Positions 37,467 to 49,500 of a DNA stretch of 64,000 bases are shown here, one piece after another. A program made the translations under genes and the position numbers. Source of the DNA: Ylistrum balloti (lineage: Eukaryota). The stretch covers positions 434,001-498,000 of the forward strand of contig NW_026782059.1 in assembly GCF_031769215.1 (NCBI RefSeq). The letters are read 5' to 3'. The notes under the pieces are model-generated. The model was given only the letters and a program-made list of their open reading frames with translations, made no database searches and was not told the origin of the DNA. How positions within the stretch are numbered: position 1 is the first letter of the stretch; each line of letters begins with the position of its first letter.

Positions 37467-40464
37467 GGTTGGAGAAGAGAGGGAGACAGAGGATGGAAAG
37501 GGAAATATCAATATCCCAAATTAAAAAAAGTGTGAATGTTTATGCCATGACCTGAACATGGCTGGTGACCATAGTCTAAAATATTAAATATACCGTTTTC
37601 CTGAACTGTGTGTTTCGTTGTTAAAATATTTTTGTAATAAAAATAAAAGGCTATAATTTCGTCCGTCAAGGAATATAACATGGTGTATTTCTAACAATGG
37701 CATTAGGGAAGCACACCAAAATCTGATAAAGTGATAAAGCTTCTGCCCATTTATCTAAGGTTTTAGACAACAAATGACATCTAGTGAACACTGACTGTTA
37801 GTGTAGTAGTGATTTCCTTCGTCTGTGTTGATATTTTTTGTAGAGTTAGTAAAATTTACCTCGTTTGATCTGATTGTAAGATTTTTGTTTTTAATTTTGT
37901 TTTAACTTTTTTTGTATAAACTGTATTGCGTTTGCGATATATCACACCATTTTACGTCAACTGTTTCAGTTTTCTAGTTTTAACAAGATTCGTCCTCAAG
38001 CATTAGTCTGCCCGATAAGGTAGTTTTACTGTTCTTATAGCGGCCGAAATGAACGTGTTAGTTTTATTTTTTTAAACTTTGTATGCACATTCAATTAAAA
38101 AATTGTCGATAATCGCTTAAATATAAACGTAGATATGAATTGGTTTGATGACATGCAAGACTTGAAACACATAGCTTCATTAAAATGTGCACATATTTGT
38201 TTTAATTGCAGGAACTGATCTAAGTTAACCGACAAAATATGTCCTACACAAGTTTGATTTTTAATGGTATGTATTTTGTTCACTACATCCTTATTGCCAA
38301 ATTATTCTGATTTGTGATAAAACTTTACAATATTAATTGATCTTGCTCTGCTTTTTCTGTTGTAATTTTTGCAATGAAAAATGTTCTAATCATACGTGTG
38401 AGAGGTCATGACCCATGCACGAGAGATCAGTGCTGTGCGTATCTACGGTAACTGCGCTGACTAAGCATTGTTGATTTTGTTGCCCGTTTTAAAATTCTGC
38501 TAAATGCTTAAACTAGAAGTCAGCACCATAGATTGGCTATCAGTCCCTAAAATGTTTTAAAGGATAGAGAGGGGAAAAAATGGCGCACATAACCTTTTAT
38601 CTCAACTCTCCCTTATTACGACCTTTCGACCCTAACTTACAATGAAATAATTATCTCTTCGGTATCTCCATACTAGTATATCCTGGAATTGTCCTTGGAG
38701 TCTTATCCGTAAATACCGTTGAGATAGTGGAGCTCTGCTGAACTGCACATGTATAATCACGGTATACAAATTAAGGAAGTAATTGTCTAGAAAATCAAAC
38801 CGTCTTTTCTTTGTTTTGTTTAGCGATTTTTTTGCGTGATAGTTAGAATTATAAGATATTTTTGTTAATGTTTTTATCAATGTCATATCTTGGATAAAAG
38901 CGTTTTGTCATCTTTATATTTGTATATATCAGGTACCAACGAGAATTGTAGTACATTTACTTAAATTATATTTTATACAAATCTTCTTGTAAAAGAAATA
39001 TAAATAAATTTATTAATAAATACATATATGTTGTTGTGGATGTTTTTCTTTCTCCTTTGATAATATCGATTGTTGGGTACTTTACTTCTATTAACCGTAA
39101 ATGACGGGGCCGCTGGCACTTTTATAGTGTCACCAGACTGAAACGGCATAAGTTACTCATATTAATATCAACAACGTAATATTGAATAGATGTTTTATAC
39201 TAAGTGAAAATCATGTATCGGAGACATCCTTACATGTATATATATCTATAAACTACATAACAATTACATTAATATTAGAGAGATATAATTTGTGTAAATC
39301 AAAAATTTCATCAGCTTTCTGACATGTGATTACCATGGTTACCAGCTCAAAAAAATGCAAAAATACTACTAATTAGAACATACCACTACAACTTTATAGG
39401 AGAAAATTATTTCTGAGCACATGTCTTAAAATCAACAACACTGTCTAGGTAACAAACTACTTACATTTCAGCAACTTCCTACTCGGGACGCCACGCAACA
39501 TGACCATGTGTAAACACTAGGAAAATTTCACTTCCTGTAGTCTCGAATACAATGCAAAAATATTATTCTGAAAAGTATGACACCCCACATTGTCCACTTC
39601 AAAATGACAATATCAATTTTAGCAAGGAGTTATTTTTCAAATTTGAATTAAATTTTTTATAAAGGGGTAATCTATAGAAGAAAAATGTCACCCATGATCA
39701 CTCACACGTGAAACTGCGCAAAGGGTGGAAAGCAACATGGCGGACATAGGAACAAAAATAGTCTCGGTCACCAAGACGTTTCATCACGTGTGCAAACAAA
39801 AAGTGTCTAGCTGAGCTATTAGTATCTTCCGGTAATCTCCGGTTTACGTTACGATAAGGCGTAGTCAACGGTTAACCCGAGAGCAAGACCGACATACAGC
39901 TGTCACTTGCCATTCCATCCAGAAAAAAAATGTACAATGCGCCCCGATTAACTTGGTATGTAAACAAGTAAATATAAGTTAAGGTAATATATCTGTGTGT
40001 TGAAGACAACTTCCTTGATATTAATGGATGGAAACAGGATCAACAGTCAACAGATTTTCAATGTTTGCCACCGGCACTTAAGACCTCCAAATAACCACTA
40101 AAAAACGATATTGGGAAATCATGAAAGGATGGGCCTATATGCACAATCCTTGTCACTTCCGTGATGTCCAGCACAAGTCGGCAATATGGTAGAACAATTT
40201 GCGGCATAGAGTCACATTTTTTTTTACTGAACTCGGTGCTCCTAACCGCAGAACGGACAAACTTTCCTCGACTGTGACATTGGTAACAACTGTAAAGGGC
40301 CTCCTCGACCAGTTTCGACCAAGTACTGCCGATCGTGCAAAGAGGCCATATTTTCACGTGCGAAATGGCTCACTTTGATGAATCCATGCATATGTAGATG
40401 TATTGTTTCTGTTCATTTGTGTTGTCTCTACTGCCATGGTCGTAGGTTTTACCATGTGCAGAGT

Positions 40465-40550
40465 CCTCATTCCTTTTAGGGAGGGTCCTACCTCATTCCT
40501 TTTAGGGAGGGTCCTACCTCATTCCCTTAAGGGAGGGTCCTACCTAATTC
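40465..40550. repeat. 26-bp tandem repeat, 3 copies
   Basis: unit CCTCATTCCTTTTAGGGAGGGTCCTA. Confidence 0.85.
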
Positions 40551-41954
40551 TCATTCTCTTCAGGATGTTACGATGATTTTAGTATTCATAACAAAGCTTG
40601 ATAAATATAAACTCCACGTAAATATATACTCTCTTATAAACAATTTCACATTAATTATCATACAGAAATTAAAGGTGATGTTTACAATGAAATAAACTCG
40701 CACAGATGATGATAATAATATTTATTCATGTAAATGGGAATGTAACATGATATCACACTAATTTAAAATGAGACATTAAACGATAAAAAGATTACATTTT
40801 AGCTTATACAAAAACTAATGGAAAGTTACACTGATCACAATATACAAAACACATTACTTTGAATTTAAAATGTTAAAAATAATCTACTATACGGTAACAC
40901 TGTAAAATGAGACAGGAATAAATACATAATTTATTAATGTGTAGTGCGTACATTGTACCTAGGATTGTCCACAAACGTTATACCGTGTCTTATTTCCCAT
41001 AGGCTCTTTTCTACATGTTAACACGCCAAAATGATAAAATGTCAGAGGATATTTTCTGCACACAAGTGGAAAGAGGATGCCTGTGGGCGAATAAACTAGA
41101 ACATGTCCATATTTGGTGAAAAGGGCATGGCTCTTTGTGTTACTATAGCAAGGATATGCTATCTAAAACAGTAATGAAGATTCGTTTATCTGTCACATGA
41201 TGAACAAGACATTGTAATAAAACACTGTTAATCACATCCAGCCACTGAAGCATAGTCTGTACTTATGTAAGCATCCATTTAATTATCAGCCATTTAAATT
41301 TTGTTCGTTTTAGACTGGACTCCAGTACAACATTTTACCAGTAAAAATTTCACAAAGCACATGTACTAACTTGATAAAAAAAACACATAAAATGTAGATT
41401 AGATGTAGCCCATGAAACATAGGACGTGGGCGTGATCAGTTTCGGTTGATATATCACCTGTAATTACTGCACAAATCAATTGAAGCATTCTTCACCAGAC
41501 GTGGATACCAGGACACGGGAGGTGTCACAGAGACGGAAAACCTGTCAATCAATGAAGTTTCATAAGCCCTCTTTATCTCTGCTGGGGTAAGGTAAAATGG
41601 AATATACTGTTACAAAACACACATTCGCCTTGCATGCCGATGACGAAATCAAACAAGGAAAGATTCACTGAAATTTGCTACGTAAAGTTACGCATTTTTT
41701 AAGTTAAGCGACTCGCCAGATATATCTGTTCTTTTTTTAAATATTTACACCACTTCATCTATTTCCAGCGTTATCTACAGTTTCATTTATATGCCATATA
41801 AAACGCAAGGTTGTTTTGTTGAGCGACCAATAATGACAATGAGTTTTAATGGACCGAAGATGCATATCTTTTTTCTTGTTTTTGTAAATGAAAGAATCGC
41901 ACTCGTTTAATCCAGATCTAAACAAATGGTATACAGGTATTTTTTTCCAAAGTT

Positions 41955-43585
41955 TCAAATTTTCTTGGTTTGTTTATATTTATCACTCTTCGTTGTCCTT
42001 GGATTGGAGGTCAAATGTCTGACAAGCCGAGCCATGTCCATAAGCACGATGACAACCACGGATATACATAACATCAAGATACCAAGAATACCGATATTCC
42101 TCGACGATACCCGATCATCAGGTGCCGATATCAACTTCCTTCGACTAGAGCTCGTCATCTTTTTATTTACAGTCATTTCTGTCTTGAGAATTGTGATTTT
42201 CTTTATCAGTTCCTCAGTAGTATTGGGTATATTGGTACCACTTGTACAGGTACATGGACATTCAGGTCTTATAAACGGAGACTCAGGACTGGTGGAAGTG
42301 GTAGACGGAGACTCAGGACTGGTGGAAGTGGTAGACGGAGACTCAGGACTGGTGGAAGTGGTAGACGGAGACTCAGGACTGGTGGAAGTGGTAGACGGAG
42401 ATTCAGGACTGGTGGAAGTGGTAGACGGAGATTCAGAACTGGTGGAAGTGGTAGACGGAGACTCAGGACTGGTGGAAGTGGTAGACGGAGATTCAGGACT
42501 AGTGGAAGTGGTAGACGGTGACTCAGGACTGGTGGAAGTGGTAGACGGAGACTCAGGACTGGTGGAAGTGGTAGACGGAGACTCAGGACTGGTGGAAGTG
42601 GTGGAAGTGGTAGACGGAGATTCAGGACTAGTGGAAGTGGTAGACGGTGACTCAGGACTGGTGGAAGTGGTAGACGGAGACTCAGGACTGGTGGAAGTGG
42701 TAGACGGAGACTCAGGTCTGGTGGAAGTGGTGGACGGGGACTCAGGTCTGGTGGAAGTGGTGGACGGGGACTCAGGTCTGGTGGAAGTGGTAGACGGAGA
42801 TTCAGGACTGGTGGAAGTGGAAGACGGAGACTCGGGACTGGTGGAAGTGGTAGACGGAGACTCGGGACTGGTGGAAGTGGTAGACGGAGATTCAGGACTG
42901 GTGGAAGTGGAAGACGGAGACTCGGGACTGGTGGAAGTGGTAGACGGAGATTCAGGACTGGTGGAAGTGGTAGACGGTGACTCAGGACTGGTGGAAGTTA
43001 TAGACGGAGACTCAGGACTGGTAGAAATGGTAGACGGAGACTCAGGACTGGTGGAATTGGTGGACGGAGACTCAGGACTAATGGAAGTGGTAGACAGAGA
43101 CTCGGGACTGGTGGAAGTCGTAGACGGAGACTCGGGACTGGTGGAAGTGGTAAACGGAGACTCAAGACTGGTTGAAGTGGTGGACGGGGACTCAGGTCTG
43201 GTGGAAGTGGTGGACGGAGATTCAGGACTGGTGGAAGTGGTAGACGGAGACTGAGGACTGGTGGAAATGGTAGATGGAGACTCAGGATTGGTGGAGGTGG
43301 TAGTCGGAGACTCAGGACCGGCAGAAGTGGTAGACGGAGACTCAGGACTGGTGGAAGTGGTGGACGGAGACTCAGGACTGGTGGAAGTGGTAGGCGATGA
43401 TCCGGATGTTGTGGTCGATGTCGATGACGATGACCCAGTTGTGGTCGATGTCGATGACGGTGACCCAGTTGTGGTCGATGTCGATGACGGTGACCTAGTT
43501 GTGGTCGATGTCGATGACGGTGACCCAGTTGTGGTAGATGTCGAAGACCCAGAATCAGAACTGGTGGAGGTCGTAGACGCAAAAT
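41955..43585 (-). CDS. Terminal exon: S/T-rich stalk (~37x [10 protein letters not shown]), CPCTC + helical juxtamembrane module, TM helix, basic tail
   Basis: Stop-free minus frame continuous with ORF 41955-42176; [21 protein letters not shown] at ~42095-42039; the plus-strand shadow ORF is broken by TGA at 43252. Confidence 0.85.
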
Positions 43586-46500
43586 CTGGTGACGATGTAC
43601 ATTAGGGAAATAAATTAACTGTGCATCTGTCCTAAATCAGTTTGACAACATTTACATACAAAAAAGGAAAATGGAAAAGGAAAAATATTACAATGACAAA
43701 CCATAGGTCACTTCCACCCAACCCCTACTCGAAATTGTATATCGATGAGGAACCACTATATAGAATATATATATAGAGAAAATAAAATAAAAATGCGTAT
43801 CATCACTTACATGAAAAATTTGTTGGTGTTGTCATCGTCAAATTGTTACAATTTCTGGCTTCTACAAGGAAAAAACAAAAGTGATGAAACATAGAGACAA
43901 TAGACACAAAGTGAGGGGACAAAGAGAGAACAAATATAGAGAGACAATAGACACAAAGTGATGGGACATAGAGAGAACAGACATTGATAGACAATAGACA
44001 CAAAGTGATGGGACAAAGAGAGAACAAACATAGAGAGACAATAGACACAAAGTGATGGGACAAAGAGAGAACACACATTGAGAGACAATAGACACAAAGT
44101 GATGAGACATAGAGAGAGGACAAACATAGAGAGACAATAGCCACAAAGTGATGGGACATAGAGAGAGGACAAACATAGAGAGACAATAGCCACAAAGTGA
44201 TGGGACAAAGAGAGAACACACATTGAGAGACAATAGACATAAAGTGAAGGGACATGGAGAGAACAAACATAGAGAGACAATAGACACAAAGTGATGGGAC
44301 AAAGAGAGAACAAACATAGAGAGACAATAGCCACAAAGTGATGGGACAAAGAGAGAACACACATTGAGAGACAATAGACATAAAGTGAGGGGACATAGAG
44401 AGAACAAACATAGAGAGACAATAGACACAAAGTGATGGGACATAGAGAGAACAAACATAGAGAGAGACACAAACATGGGACAAAGAGAGAGAGACAATAG
44501 ACACAAAGTGATGGGACAAAGAGAGAACAAACATAGAGAGACAAGAGACACAAAGTGATGGGACAAAGAGAGAACACACATTGAGAGACAATAGACACAA
44601 AGTGATGAGACATAGAGAGAGGACAAACATAGAGAGACAATAGCCACAAAGTGATGGGACATAGAGAGAGGACAAACATAGAGAGACAATAGCCACAAAG
44701 TGATGGGACAAAGAGAGAACACACATTGAGAGACAATAGACATAAAGTGAAGGGACATGGAGAGAACAAACATAGAGAGACAATAGACACAAAGTGATGG
44801 GACAAAGAGAGAGAGAACAAACATGGGACAAAGAGAGACAATAGAGAGACACAAAGTGATGGGACAAAGAGAGAGAGAGACAAACATGAAGGGACAGAGA
44901 GACATAGAGAGAATAGACACAAAGTGATGGGACAAAGAGAAGAGAGAGACACACATGGGACAAAGAGAGAACACACATTGAGAGACAATAGACATAAAGT
45001 GAGGGGACATAGAGAGAACAAACATAGAGAGACAATAGACACAAAGTGATGGGACATAGAGAGAACAAACATAGAGAGACAATAGACACAAAGTGATGGG
45101 ACAAAGAGAGAACAAACATTGAGAGACAATATATATATCAAAAGACTTCTCTGTGGTGACCCAGTACTGCTTGAAATAAACAAAGTAAGAAATATAACGC
45201 TAATAAACAAATTATCCAAGATTACCCCTCATCATTTTTTGAAAATTTAATTGCCAAATCTAGGATGACCAACTATCCACCATTTTGTTTTTCTGATCTG
45301 TCCCAGACTCAAAGGGTCACAATTAAGGACCAAGAAAAATGTTCATCTGAAATCTGAGAAATATGTATCCAGTACTTTCAATATCATAATCGAAGATAGC
45401 CGCTTGACCATTGTGTTCATCTAACCAGTCGCAAAATCTCCATAGCACAAATAGGGATCACGGGGAATGCCCATATGAAATTTGAGAAAGATTCTTCCTA
45501 TCTACCTTCCAAGAAATATCGATGACAAACTTCCATTTAAAAAAAAAATGTCCGCTTATCCGCTGTTTTTTTTAAAAATCTGTCTCAGAATGGAACAATC
45601 TACAACTTAAGACGAAAGGGAGCGGCTTAAGAAATCCGTGAAGTATCCACCCTTCTCTTCTAGAGAAGTAGACTTTTATTGTCAAAGCGCAACATCACCG
45701 CCAGTCGGCCATTTTGTTTCTCAAATCAGTGCTAAAATAAGGTAATGCACCACTATGGACAAGTAGAAATGAAATTTGAAAATAACCTTTCCATTACTAC
45801 AAAAAATTAGTGTCAGTATCCAAGACGACCAGCTTTCAGCCATTTCGCTTTTCAAATCAGTCAAAAAATGGAACATTGCACAACCAGGGACCATTGAGAA
45901 ACTATACTTTAAATCTGAAAGTGATACCTCCAGTACTTCTCAAAACATAGCGATAACAAGGATTGTTTAATGACAGACAGTCCGACAACGGACGACAGAT
46001 AACGGAGAAACGGCGATTTGAATAGTTTAACATTTAATGATTCGGTTTGTTAAAAAGCATGTGAAGTGGGATGCCGCTGAGATAAACACTGGGATAACAA
46101 TGACTTTAGGCGATGTTACGTTTGATAATAAGACTGGAAATAAACCATCAAGCCCTCAAACATGTACAAACTTTGGTATGATATGATAACGATAATTAAA
46201 CATTCTAATATTCTTCTCAACAAGCCCAGTGACAAATATTACCTAACACACCAATCTCGCATTGTTCAAGGACGGACGGACGGCCTTCAAACATGATGTT
46301 GCCGATGCCATCTCCGGGGTAACTATACATTCAGTCTGATTCTAGCTTAGATGACTAGGTGATGACAGGATAATAACAATACCTTTCAATCAGTAAAAGT
46401 ATATAAAAAATGTCAAATGTCTGGGCATCTCTAACCAGCCAATCTTACCTAACAGTATATCAAACATGTCAAATGTCTGGGCATCTCCAACCAGCCAATC

Positions 46501-49500
46501 TTACCTAACAGTATATCAAACATATCAAATTGTTAACCAGCCAATGGTTAACAGTATATCAAACATATCTTTAAACTTTCTTATCATCACAATCTTACCT
46601 AACAATATATCAAACATGTCAAATGTCTGGGCATCTCTAATCAGCCAATCTTACCTAACAGTATATCAAACATGTCAAATGTCTGGGCATCTCTAATCAG
46701 CCAATCTTACCTAACAGTATATCGAACATGTACCTAAGAGTTTGATAAACAAATTTCAAAATTCCGTAAGCGTCTGTCTGTGAAAAAAACATATTTATCA
46801 TCATTTCTACAACCTAACAATGGAACTCAACTTTAACAGACTCAAACATTCAATCACAAACACTTCTCGTGGACCTAAATCTTATTTACACAGTATCATC
46901 AAACATGTACCTCAACAAATGTCACAGTCACTCACAAACCTAATCTTACCTCAACAGTATATAACATGTCACACAGTCACTCACCAAACCTACCTAACAG
47001 TTTATCAAACATATCAAATGATTAACAGTCACTCACCAAACCTACCCATTACCTCAACAATAACAGATCAAACAGTCAATCACCAAACCTACCCATCTCA
47101 ACAATAACAAATTCACACAGTCACTCACCAAACACCTCAACCTCAACAATAAATGATTAACAGTCACTCACCAAACTTTCTTATCATCACCTCAACAATA
47201 ACAGATTTACAGTCACTCACCAAACCTGCCATGTATCTCAACAATAACAAATTCACACAGTCAAAACGTTCGGAAGAGTTTGATAAACAACCAAACCTAC
47301 CCATGTACCTAAACAATAACAGATTCACAGTCACTCTACAACCTAACATGTACCTCAACAATAACATATTCACATTCAATCACAAACACTTCTCGTGGAC
47401 CTAAACAATAACAGATTTACACAGTCACTCACCACACCTACCCATGTACCTCAACAATAACAGATTCACAGTCACTCACCAAACCTACCCATGTACCTCA
47501 ACAATAACAGATTCACACAGTCACTCACCAAACCTACCCATGTACCTCAACAATAACAGATTAACAGTCACTCACCAAACCTACCCATGTACCTCAACAA
47601 TAACAGATTAACAGTCACTCACCAAACCTACCCATGTACCTCAACAATAACAAATTCACACAGTCACTCACCAAACCTACCCATGTACCTCAACAATAAC
47701 AGATTTACAGTCACTCACCAAACCTACCCATGTACCTCAACAATAACAAATTCACACAGTCACTCACCAAACCTACCCATGTACCTAAACAATAACAGAT
47801 TCACAGTCACTCACCAAACCTACCCATGTACCTCAACAATAACATATTCACAGTCACTCACCAAACCTACCCATGTACCTCCACAATAACAGATTCACAG
47901 TCACTCACAACACCAACCTGTGTATCTCAACAATAACAGATTCACAGTCACTCACCAAACCTACCCATGTACCTCAACAATAACAGATTCACGGTCACTC
48001 AACAAACCTACCCATGTACCTCAACAATAACAGATTCACGGTCACTCACCACACCTACCCATGAACCTGAACAATAACAGATTCACAGTCACTCACCAAA
48101 CCTGCCCGTGTACCTCAACAATAACATGTTCACAGTCACTCACTAAACCTACCCATGGACCTCAACAATAACATGTTCACAGACACTCACTAAACCTACC
48201 CATGGACCTCAACAATAACATGTTCACAGTCACTCACTAAACCTACCCATGTACCTCAACAATAACATGTTCACAGTCACTCACTAAACCTGCCCATGGA
48301 CCTCAACAATAACAGATTCAAGGTCATTCACCAAACCTACCCATTGACCTCAACAATAACAGATTCAAGGTCACTCACCAAACCTACCCATTGACCTCAA
48401 CAATAACAGATTCAGGGTCACTCACCAAACCTATCAACGGATATTAGACATGGCAACTGCGCACAAACACATGGTAACTCATCACTGATCTTTACAGTAT
48501 TAATCCCCTTACATATGAACAGATATATACCTGTATTTTTCGATACAAAACTATTGAATATAATACAAAATCGAGATTTACACTTCGAGGAAATAAAACA
48601 GTTTTTTATGCGAGTACATCAAGTCCATTAATTACATTGTGCGGTCGGGTTATATCTGTAAACGGTCACAAACCCGACACCACACCCTATTCAAGGAAAC
48701 GATATATTACCCACACGAGAACCTGTTAAAATATTCCCGGTGTTTAAATCATAAACATCCTACCTTACATAAAATCTATAATTTAACATTTTGGTTCTGA
48801 ATGGTATACAAGAACAAAAATCGCAACTTGTGCAGGCTCCGAATTTAACACACTGCACATGGTCTTAGTGTGACAAATGTATAAACGTTTCTTTATCCTA
48901 GGTAAATGCTTCGGACACGGGTTTGTCTCGGGCCCTGACTTTGTTACATGTATACGTCAAATTTATTATCCTATTTCTTATGCGAGCAAAGCTGCTCCAG
49001 TCACTCTGTAAATAAAGGGTTGTGGGCCTTGGAGTTACAATGCACATCGCTTTAAAGTAACTTATGTAGAAACCGAGTTCCACGATCCTTGCTTAAGGAC
49101 TGTATCGGTTATCTTTTATTGGTTCAAAGTTTCACAGAGCTGCATTCGTTTGTCGGTTTAAGTTCGTTTATGAAATTAGGACTTTCATGTTGTCCTTTCT
49201 GTTGAGCTTCGAGTAAGCTTAAGGCTTACATGAATATTTGTAGGTCCGCCCCGATTTGTGCTGGGTGTTACATTAAACGTATTGTATTAACAAACAGGCC
49301 CAAAGTTCTGCTAAAACATGTAACAATAAACTAGAGATTGTATTCCTTACGTAATTCATAAAGCGATGTATGGTTTTCGTTGGTAGTATAATTAGCAATG
49401 TCTCGTTTTCACAATTTCATTCCAATCTGAAAAATATCGAAAGAGTAAATATTTTGAGAGTATATATGAAGTGAACTATTCGTAGATATTATTGAAATAT

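Noticed and set aside
40058-40380. GC-richer segment with a 99-aa ORF and Cys pairs (CYQC; CPFC in another frame)
   Set aside because: No recognisable family, stops in the other frames and no convincing splice sites; may be a decayed element but cannot be supported.
42998-43582. Minus-strand [13 protein letters not shown]
   Set aside because: Alternative frame of the same VNTR; variation is synonymous only in the S/T/P frame.
41926-43605. Plus-strand 442-aa and 114-aa ORFs ([10 protein letters not shown] repeats)
   Set aside because: Antisense shadow of the [10 protein letters not shown] exon; broken by TGA at 43252, while the minus frame is open and ends in a TM module.
43803-45219. Three overlapping 417-457-aa Cys/Leu/Ser-rich minus ORFs
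   Set aside because: All three frames are open because the 47-bp TC-rich satellite lacks stops; non-triplet period and no domain. Only 43811-43861 has real splice signals.
49229-49309. 81-nt AG...GTAAG-bounded segment as the missing lectin exon
   Set aside because: Stop codons in all three frames and no lectin motif.
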